Positions 54,401 through 64,000 of a stretch of DNA of 64,000 nucleotides are shown here, one piece after another (within the stretch, counting starts at the first letter, position 1; the number at the start of each line of letters is the position of its first letter). Origin of the DNA: Tubulanus polymorphus (Eukaryota > Animalia > Nemertea); NCBI RefSeq assembly GCF_964204645.1, contig NC_134031.1:18669910-18733909 (forward strand). Reading direction: 5' to 3'. Made by a program: the position numbers and the translations under genes. Below the pieces are notes generated by a model, which did no database searches, was not told the DNA's origin, and worked only from the letters and a program-made list of their open reading frames with translations.

Positions 54401-57116
54401 GAATTCATCGAGAACTCGAGTGATCACGTGATCACCACGATGTAGCTGTAGTCTTTGGTCGGAAGTAGATTAATCGTTCCGGTCAGGCACGAGTGATTTT
54501 ATCGATTATCTATCTAGTGTTTGGAGAACCAGAGCCAGACGACAAAAAAAGCGCACAGGAATTAATCGGTTTTCTGGAAAATTACGCTCACAGACGCCGT
54601 CATCGAAACTAGAGTGAGATAGGGAACTAACGCAATCTGTATAGACCTAGCCCAAAGGCTCACAATTTTGCAGTCATGACTTCAGTTGTTAGATTAGCTA
54701 TGAAACTAAAATGAGCTCAAACTGGTTTTAACTGTTGGATTAACTTTGAAACAAAATAAGTTTAGACTGGTCTTAAGTTGTAAGGTTGGTTATAGGACAA
54801 GAACGAGCTTTAGGCTGACCCTGGACATCGAAACTCTATTTTTATATCGAATCAAAGACATTCGATTTTTCACGAAAGGTTACGCGAAAGGGAGCGGCGA
54901 TATTTAGTGCAGTGAAAGAAATGCATTTTCTAATTCAAATACATCACCGCAAGGGTCAATAACCGGTCACACTGTCAGTTCTCTATCAGGCTCAGATCGT
55001 ATTAAAATGTCACGGAAAATGCGAGTAATTGATTGGTTGTAATTAATACAGTTTGATTGCTGCCAAACGAGCTTAGTTACGGCGATAGCAACCGGGGAAA
55101 GTGATTTACCGGCTCCAACTCAAAATGGATGCTGGATCTTAATTCATCAACACTAGAATCAAGTAAAAGTAATTTCATATGATTTATATCTTTATGACAA
55201 TGAAATAGAATATATTTCTATTTTCGCCAATACTCATTTTCTCCAAACTATAGGTCATTCATATTTAGAATCCTTAATATTTTCTTCACAATGCACTCAG
55301 ATAGTTTTTCTAAGAAATAATCATGAAGAATATTTAGATTATTCGCACTTTCGCAATCGTATTCTGGAAGTGGGTCGTCAGTTATAGATCACGTTAACTG
55401 TAAGGCCAGTTGCACGGCCAGACCTTATATTTGAAACCCAAAAATGTAAGACAACTTTTGAATGAAGTCACGACTGTGCAACTGGGCCCGGGGCATTGTG
55501 GGGGCTTGAGTCCAAAAGTGGTCTTGAATCGTTAGATTCACTGGTCTTAAATCTAAGCCCTGACTATGCAACTGGTCTAAAACTGATCTCAGTGACTTGT
55601 GTAAATTAGTAATTGGTTTCCATGACAGTAGAACTCAACGTTATAGGCCATATAACGGATGGTTGAAGGGATATGCATAAATTATCATATACATGATTAT
55701 ATTGACTATTTGAATTGATATCTAAGCTAACACGACACATTATAATGTACAGTATCAATAGATATCACATCTTTCTAGAAACGAGCCGATAGGAAGAACG
55801 TACAGAAGACAGTTTAACTATGGACGCGGTTCTACAGTTGTGGGAGGTTTAATCTTACACTGATCTCAGTTCAGTTTTACAGTTGTGTGCGTTTAATTTG
55901 ACTCTGGATCGGGTTCCACGGTTATATAGCTTTAATTTGACTATGGATCTAGTTCCAAGTTGTGTGGGTCTAATTTTGATCCAGTTGCACAGGTTGTGTG
56001 GGTTTAAATTGACTGAAATGCAATCCTGATTCTGGACGGATCTGTGAATTGATGTATAGCATGCAGCACTCGGTATTGCGTGTTTTGTTTAATCAGCTCC
56101 TCACAACTTCGACTCTATTCGACTAATGAATCAAACATCATAATTCACACTTTTCCATAACCAGCCCCATAATCTTACCCGATCAGAATTGAGCTTTCGC
56201 ACGAATTTATGAAAATCGACCAATTCCTGATTTTTGAAATTTTGCAAATCCATCTCACCACACATTGAACTGCGAACTACCGCGTACAAACGGCTAACTA
56301 CGCCATATAATTCTCCCTTGGCTTACTTAGTTTAACAGTTCCGAAAGTCTTATCTTTATATATGAATTTTATGCTTATCATAATAGATAAGAAGAAGCCA
56401 CTTGTTGGAATTTACATGACAAAATACAATAAGGCAACTCAATAGAATACTGTGATTTTCTTGAAAATTCTTCGCTGTTTGATTATGGTTCCCTTATGTA
56501 TTATATATAACCCATCATTTCCAGAAACCGGGAGCCGATTATACAATTATACTGGGACCAGTATTACCAACTCAATTCACTTTCGATTGAGCTGGCCCCT
56601 TGGTTAAGCTTAATGCCAGTCTATAAAACCGGGCCCTGTATACGTATCAAAAGGATGACGATTTAACTCTTGAGCCAATTTTGGTTTTATTCAGAAGGAA
56701 ATTCGTAAGTGTGACTGAAGGGAAACAAAATAACTGTAATGAACTAATTTTGACTTCAGGGTGAAATCAAACGCACTACAACTGTAGAACTGGATCCAGG
56801 TGACCTCGAATACTAACCGGAATGCTCGTACGAATGGGAAAAAAAACCTTTGATAAAATTATTTATACCCTTAACGACAGCTCGTGGAACAAAACAGTTC
56901 CCACATTAATCCTAAATAATTACTGCAACACAAAGAATTCCAAGTGAGGTCCAGTTTTTATTTCAATACTTCTGAAATCTGGGTCGATAATTTACAACAT
57001 ATCAACACAAAGATAAATCGTACGATACTTTCCCATCGTAACGAATTCAAGACATTAAAGAAGATTATTTAAAAAAAATTCTTATTCGTAATACTCACGT
57101 AGTAATGGTAGGTCAT
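42436..57116 (-). CDS. DCX-EMAP: Doublecortin-domain echinoderm microtubule-associated protein-like (DCX-EMAP): 2 DCX + HELP + WD40, ~1187 aa, 19 exons
   Basis: Exons 57099-57116 (MTYHYY, least certain), 52942-53748, 51475-51757, 50470-50994, 48442-48517, 48063-48212, 47607-47676, 47381-47482, 47066-47161, 46732-46899, 46060-46218, 45687-45800, 45340-45477, 44908-45039, 44229-44498, 43680-43767, 43390-43485, 42736-42866, 42436-42576; sum 3564 nt, in frame. DCX motif VTFFRNGDPNYKG, HELP motif LSLDWVYGYRGKDARNNL, WD40 motifs GDVITGDSTG and GRIRLYKYPC. Confidence 0.9.
42971..43166. repeat. Imperfect long inverted repeat in a DCX-EMAP intron; related partial copy at ~51820-51873
   Basis: aaaagattaaaagcgaattttatt...tcatcgtcaggt / acctgacgatga...aataaaattcgcttttaatctttt. 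Confidence 0.75.
43074..43114 (+). ncRNA. Minimal type I hammerhead ribozyme motif
   Basis: ac-CTGACGA-t-gacctct(agtag)agagttc-GAAA-cg-TC-gt: core intact, stem II 6/7 paired, palindromic ACGT in place of stem III. A degenerate mirror copy lies on the - strand at ~43016-43052. Confidence 0.6.
48213..48441 (-). other. U12-type (minor spliceosome) GT-AG intron in DCX-EMAP
   Basis: 5' site GTATCCTTTT at 48441, branch site TTCCTTTAAC ~10-20 nt upstream of AG, no polypyrimidine tract; splicing restores DWV|YGYRG. Confidence 0.9.
51976..52086. mobile_element. Representative of an abundant ~110-bp MITE-like family with ccagttccacagt / actgtggaactgg ends
   Basis: ccggtttcacagt...gagttaactcattgaaaat...actgtggaactgg. 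Similar copies at ~141-250, ~4095-4170, ~22820-22930, ~24503-24587, ~58080-58182, ~60314-60416. Confidence 0.6.
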
Positions 57117-60100
57117 GATTTTTTTTAGGTAACGAAATTCATTTTTTGTTAAGCCCAGTGGCGCTTAGCTTCCATTGCGCGTTATCCGATATAGTATATA
57201 CTCAATAACGACGTTGTTGCCCACAACAAAGTTTTATGCGTTTATACTCACACGAATATATGTATCTATATATGATTGGAGACATAGAACCGGCAACAAA
57301 ACTATTTTTTTTAAAAACATTCAGGTGCATTTTAGAAATAAAATTGCCTTTTCTTCACGACGTATTGAAATCAAGCGCGTTGATAATCAAACGAAAACAG
57401 GTTAGCTATTTTCGTGCCGCCGAAAGCTATAGAATGAAAAGACCATTCCTTTTCACTTTTAGTTGAAACTTATTATTATTACAATGCGTCGTGCTTCGAA
57501 GGCGTGCGCTTGAATTCTCACTAACCATTTTAAAATCTATGCGCTTCGCTACTTAGTCATCTGTAGCTTTATATAGCGTAGTCCAGGCGAAGTAAATATA
57601 CCAGTTTCCTGATATTTGCTTTATTGTCCTCCGACCGAGCCAGTGGGTTAGGTTTGAATGGAACCCGTATCGCACTATAGCGCCGGTAAAACAGGGCGTT
57701 ACCATGGTCACAGAGAATGCTGAAACTTGATAAACATCCCGCGCAGTTTCAACAGCAGCGGCAGCAGCAGCAGCAGCAGCAGTTAGGAGGATGTCGTTAC
57801 TCGGGGTGACTTCAGCTTTATGTTGACCCTAGCTACACAAAGTCGAAATGAGTCGCCCTCGATCCAATAAAATATTTTAATAAGCTATCGATTTGCAGAA
57901 CAAACAATTCATCATCGCATTATGGGAATTAATGACACTCAACAAGTAACAGAAATTCCGAGAAAATGTGTGGTGAATATTACCACGTTAAAACATATAC
58001 CGGTACCATGAAGAAACAATGATTAGATTCTCGATGTTAGAACTTAAAGCACGAAGGAACGGATCATGAAATTCATGCTCCGGTTCCGTTTATTTCTCGT
58101 TTGACTCAAATTTTTTAACTTTTGGATTGAACTTATTTTAGCTCTAGACTCAAACCGAATCAGTTACCGTGGAACTGGCTCCAGAAATTGTATATTTAGT
58201 TTAACAAGATTAAATGATGATCGCTGGTGGAAAAATATCTTTCCTATACGTGGCCAGAATCATCAGACACGAGCGATTTACCTGAATAGGATAAAATATA
58301 GAAATATCGATACAAACCAGATCTTTCCATATGTTTTCAAATGGCGATCAGGTTCTTATCTCACAAAACGCATTTTAAAATAATTCTAACACTTATCCAT
58401 TCATCAATTTCTATTTGAAATCAGCGAGTCGTCAAGTGAAAAATAGAATATCCCATTTCCTAAAAGATATATACACCGATCCACCAAAGCTCGTAACCTC
58501 ATCGCTACGTTATGTTTTCTATGCTTTTTAATCATATTTGCGAAGCCCCGATATAATATAATGATGATTAGAATAATACAATTAGAGTATTCTGTGTGAG
58601 ACGCGACTGAAGATTATTAGAAATAACATCATGAATACTAACTGAATGAACGCAGTTCAAGCGAAACCGTATATTACAAATTGTCACACGGACAACATTC
58701 ATTTTCACAGAGATTCAGGAATTAATTTGTTCTTGATGATATTCAAATTGTTTTTTGTTCACATAGCTGGTAATTGGTCATCGGGCCGAAGGGGTAATGC
58801 AAGGACGTAGGGTCATTTTGGACGTTGAACAGGAATCAATATTGGTTTTTTACTCGTCAAACAAGCGCTTTGCGTCCAATATAACGCGTTGTGATGCCAG
58901 GTGCATAAACTTTACCTTTTAACAATTTGAATACCTTCAAATATAGACAGTGATTTGTCTATGGAAACCAATTTGAATACGATCGACGATGACGTCACAA
59001 CATGGCCACATACATCACGTGACATTAGATTATTTCAGTCACGGTTCATGATAAACGAAAAGTGTTTGAAGACGCATTCAAAAATTCGGGATAAATTTTT
59101 TTTTTTCGAAGTTGTTTCTCTCATGAAAATTTCGCCGAATAACCGCATATGTATATATTTTTACGGTGGCGTTTCCAAAAGGGACTGCTCCGATATTTCG
59201 CAGACTCTTCAAAATTTGAAAAATAATCTGGGAAAATGTAATCGTCGATTTTTGATTAATTAGAACCACGCGTGCGCGCCGTACAAATGATTTCGTAATA
59301 TGTATTAATCAAATACGTTAAAGAGATGAATCAAAATGTCAGGATACATTAATCAAAAACATTATCAAATGTCCTTCCCCCCAAAAAGCTTCTATATCAA
59401 TTGTTCATTTCCCAAAAAGACTTCAGACATCTGTAATTCATTAATTCACGTAAGTTTTCTGTGAGTAGCCAGACGTCCATTGTTTTCTTAAGTTGATTAT
59501 TTTTACTGTTTCTAATGGCGCGTAGTCGGTTTCCACTCATATTTCTTTTCACGACGATAGACTCCAAGAAATTCCTCTTTGGGTTCTTAATTCTTGACAA
59601 ATTGTTTATAATTAACTAGATAAAGCCAGTTTGATTAAAAAAACCTACCTTAACTCGGCCTAATTCGTCAGAGGACTCGGGAATCTAAGAGTTTGTTAGG
59701 AAACTTCCTGTGACAATTTTTTCTCGGTATCTAGGACCCAGTGCTCGTTCGTAAACATACATGTGAATGCGTCGAGATTCGTTTCTTTCACTTTTGAAAA
59801 AATGTACAATGAAACTCATTGAATATAACGACGTCAGTAGAATATAATATAATAAAAGCCGCCATATCGTGGCGTATATAGTTCTAGTATATGGCAGGAT
59901 TTATTGTTTCGTAAAGTAACGTTTTTTTCAGGTCAAATATTGAAAGGAGTTTAATAAATATGTATATATAGGAATGATAGAATAATGTTTGAATAACTTT
60001 GTAAGTCGAGCGCTTTACCAGTGATCGCTGCCGGTGCCACCTACCGTAATCGACAGAATTTATTCAAAATCTTGAACAATTTTCTCATTTTTCTAACATG

Positions 60101-61182
60101 ATTTCGTTTCGTAATGTTTTGTAATTTCAACGCAGAAGAAATTTCCCAAAAATAACGTCAAATTGTTTTAGCTTGGAGTTGAATTAATTTCAATTGCTTC
60201 GGTCACATTTCACTGCGCACGTCCATAACAATGTATGAAATCTTTAAGTTATCTTTATCAAGATCAAGAAATATATATTTCATGGCAGTTGATCAAGTTT
60301 ATCTCGTATATGAGGCCAGTTCCACAGTTCTGAATCTATATTCGACTAAGGGTTTACTGATTGAAAACGTACAAAGAATAAATAATACGTAACTCGGAAC
60401 ACTGGGAATGGTTCCTGGTTTTTGAGAATGTGGAAGTAACACATTGACTACAAATTTTTTCTCAAAGGAATAAATGATTCAATGAATCATTACCACCAGA
60501 AACACGAGAAACCTAAACAAAATATTATCTAAATATCACCGTTATCAATTAATCAATATATTGTTTTATATCGTTGTGGACAGGGCTACATGCTCTCGTG
60601 TATTTAGATAAGGACGCCCCACTAAGTGCAATGGAATGCCAGGAATGAGTCCTGTATGGTATTAATCTTTGAACGCCTGTGTTTTCGTCTCGGGTTAAAC
60701 AATCTGTCGCCGCCATTTTATTTCCTGCGCGTCTTTATAAAAGAGCTCATGAATGCACACACCGGTTTTGACTCGTTTTTCAATGCGGTGTATTGAACGC
60801 GAGTTTACGCGGGTAGTGTACATGTATTCATGTTATGTTTTTAGTCGGAACGGTGGTGAAAGTGGTTTCTCTCAAATCGGTAGTTCACGAGACGCTCGCT
60901 CAGCGGCGGATATCAATCCTTATAAATATATTACCGTTCCTCGCTCATCTCTAGACTGGGTTATAATTAGACCGTTCGCAGACGCGATCATCGTTGCTTC
61001 TGTTTCGATCGAAGGAGGCTGAGGTTTCTACGGAGTAAACGCGTCAGTGAGAAGGAATTACGTGAAATTGATTACGGATGGAATTCTCGTAGACCCGTGA
61101 TCTACGATATTCAGTCGTTTATACGCGTCGTGTTTGTCGTTGGTTTTCTTGTGATTCTATCGCGTGTTACCAAATAACTGCA

Positions 61183-61263
61183 ATGATGAACCACTCGGAA
61201 TCGCGGGAACGCATGGCTCCTACTACGACCATCGAAACGGTCACCGTCGTTCGGCCTTTAAAG
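61183..61263 (+). CDS. TMEM47: First coding exon of a TMEM47/vab-9-like (PMP22/claudin superfamily) gene; remaining exons not found in the window
   Basis: (MMNHSESRER)MAPTTTIETVTVVRPLK followed by donor AAG|GTACC. This matches the invertebrate TMEM47 N-terminus as I recall it (MAPTTTIETVTITRPLK). CpG-rich promoter-like region at ~60690-61180. Confidence 0.7.
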
Positions 61264-62932
61264 GTACCTTAATTTTATACGTCAAAAGCATATTCGAATT
61301 AACACTTTTTTACTTTGCATTCGACATTCCTTTATTTCAGTAAACCTTCAATACACTCTATATGTACTTACATACAAATCAGCAATTACCAGCGGTAGTT
61401 AAACACCGGCATTTATAGAAACAAGAGATGACAAAAATGTGGATAAATATTTTGACAGTTTTGCGGCGGAAAATTTTGTCATTTACATAACAGACATATA
61501 ATTATATTTTGAGAAATATTAATAATTCCCATGCGTATTTAGTAACAAGCGGTAATTGAGACTATAATGCGATCCAATTGGCCATACCGGAAATTATTTC
61601 CTATCATCTGCAAATATATGATATAAAAAACAACCGAAAAATAAATCATTTGTATTATATCAGTCAGTGCTTCTATAGCGCCTTTAACGCTGAAAGGAAC
61701 TCTGTGCTTAGGATGATTGAAGTGGTACGTATTCAGATTTTTTTTTTTAGTTCATTTTAGTTTACATTTATTCATATACATTAAACAAGCACAATCGGTA
61801 CCTTGATATCACCTCAGTATTTGCATATTCTATTCATATATTCATATTATGCAATTTGAAATTCAAACGGCATTTCATTATCAAATGAAATTCAAACGGC
61901 ATTTCATCATCAAAAGCATTTGAACCAACACTTGTATCAAAAATGAACACGAGGTTTTATTTCCATTGCATGAAGCAACAATACGCGATCAATCAAATTA
62001 TACAATAAAATTGAGATCTATAGAATAAGTTACGTCATGACAATCATTGACAATGCAGCAGTCCTTCATAATATCAATGATTATTCCCATTTTGATCCCA
62101 TGCATCATTCTAATGAATATGTATTTTGCGTATCTATGCATTATACATACAGTTAACCTGCCCTGGGACAGGCAAAGGTGGTCCGGGGTAAACGAAGTTC
62201 GAATTGAGGATTGGAAAATAGGAGGTTAGAAAATGAGTTTTTTGAGTCAAACGAAAGTCCCTGTTGGTCGTGCCCGGATTTTCCTATTTATATTTTACGG
62301 GCCACGATGCAGAAGACATATATACGTGTGTACAATCGATATGGCTTCATGTCACCTTATATTCCATTCACTGCGAGACGTATATACTTGTATATCGTGA
62401 ATTATGAACACATGTGTGTGCATTTTAATTGTACTCGACACTCACTATGCGTATATACGGTGCTATAGTCTGTTCGTGTCTCCTGATTCAATAATTCAAA
62501 CGTACGGTTTTAAACCAATAATTCTCCCTTTGTTCTGGCGCGCGTATACAACTAACCTAGATAAAAATGCGTTCAGAATCTATTAGAAATCCATTCTTTT
62601 AAATCATGGATTGTATGGTTTTTTTAAATTGAATTTGGCAGAGTAGAAAGTGGTCAGTGAAATTTGGTGATTCTATTCAATTTCGTAGTAATTGGTTGTT
62701 GGCATTATACAACATATACAACATTTGAAAACATAGCTAATGGTCGGATAATAATATGTACAATATATGTCACTTATTAACGTTTGGTTTCAATACAGTG
62801 TCCTGCAACCGTCTTAACCTCGAGCACGACCTGTGAATTACGAGTTCACCGCGAAAGGAGCGTACATTGATCTATGATTAGTCTTATTTACGAGTTCACA
62901 GCGAAAGGAGCGTATGTTGATTTCGACTTACC

Positions 62933-63250
62933 GGCTGTCCAGAAAAGACGTCCACACAAAATTGCAGTGTTGTGACCCCCACCCCATGTCTACAGAACAT
63001 CTACATTGCCCTAACCCCCTCCCTTGTCTAACGGGCAAAAAAAGAATAAAATACATCGGATCGGATATCCAGCCATATGCAGTTTCATTCACTTCATCAT
63101 TTATTACACACTTGAGCCGACTACAGTGTGTTATTCCATACATTATCTTGAAAACATATCTCGATGTCCACATCCAAACAACCCTTTCCCCCTGTCCACA
63201 AAGTTCACAAACCCCCTCCCCTTGACCTTAGACGCCTTTTATGGACAGCC
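62933..63250. mobile_element. MITE (Harbinger-like termini)
   Basis: TIRs ggctgtccagaaaagacgtc / gacgccttttatggacagcc. Confidence 0.6.
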
Positions 63251-63659
63251 CTTTGCGAGTTCACAGCGAAAGGAGCGTACGACGTTGCTATTTGCGCGAA
63301 CAAACGAAGCGAAGCTCGTTAACGCTATCAAGTTTAATTAGCCGCAATAAAACCGCCACCATTTTGTTTTATGTTGGCCATTAAATCAACAACAAGTACT
63401 AGCTGGAAATCTCGGTATTTCTGAGGATGATTTCGAAGCAATTATTCTAATACAATTAATGCTATAATTCTTCATGAACTGCCTAGGAACGAGTGATTAG
63501 TTGTTGTGTTGGCTGTGCTTCGTTAAAGAGATTATAATCGTTGTTTTTAGATTTGCTGTCTTCACCCCCCCCCCCTCCTAGCACTTATTGACTACTGGAC
63601 CCAGTTCCACAGATCTTTAAATCTAATCTTAACATACATATGTAGAACTTGGTCCTGAT

Positions 63660-63851
63660 CTGTGGAAATAAGCCATGAACTGCGGGACTGAGCCGTGCAC
63701 TGTGGAACTGGATTCTGAGCTGGAGAACTAGATCCTAAACTGTGGAACTAGATCCTGACATTGGAACTGAAATCTGAACTGTGGAATAGGCCCAGAACTG
63801 TGGAACTGGCTCCTGGACTGTGGAACTGGGTTCTGAGCTGTGGAACTGGGT
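63660..63851. repeat. Degenerate ~20-bp tandem repeat (actgtggaactggatcctga)
   Basis: About nine consecutive variants of ctgtggaact(g/a)g. Confidence 0.8.
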
Positions 63852-64000
63852 TTTACTTGAATTTATTCCAAATCCGACTGGCCTACTCACGACCTATTTC
63901 TAAATAGTCCACCACTGACGTTCAGTCTCTTACCCTGTGGACCACCTTTCCTTCAGCTTAGAACATTCGAAGCATAGAATTCATGATAAATTTCTACAAA

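Noticed and set aside
57751-57782. (CAG)n run as a polyQ exon
   Set aside because: Followed by an in-frame stop (tag) within a few bases or lacking splice context; treated as a microsatellite.

Overview
AT-rich, intron-rich animal genomic DNA. A marine invertebrate (lophotrochozoan-like) source is my inference; this is not prokaryotic sequence. Gene models were rebuilt by hand from GT-AG sites and exon phases. In order: the 3' part of a Gln/acidic-rich gene (+, possibly a Golgi GOLM/GOLIM4-like protein, with candidate alternative last exons); SLC35F6 (-) head-to-head with SEC62 (+); a tandem ATG8 pair, GABARAP and GABARAPL2 (-); a ~5.4-kb tandem duplication; a 19-exon DCX-EMAP gene (-) with a U12 minor intron; and the first exon of a TMEM47/vab-9-like gene (+). 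Each duplicated unit carries a secreted aerolysin/ETX-MTX2-like pore-forming protein with an unrecognised N-terminal domain plus a minimal astacin metalloprotease. One astacin copy has lost exon 1 at a Penelope-like GIY-YIG remnant. This pore-former + protease cassette is the best candidate for an undescribed system, a putative toxin or defence module with rapidly diverging pore-former paralogs. Other highlights: inverted pairs of minimal hammerhead-ribozyme motifs, a GABARAPL2 ending directly in Gly with an altered LIR-docking site, several MITEs, and satellites built from one dispersed repeat end. All calls come from reading the sequence by eye; no database searches were run.
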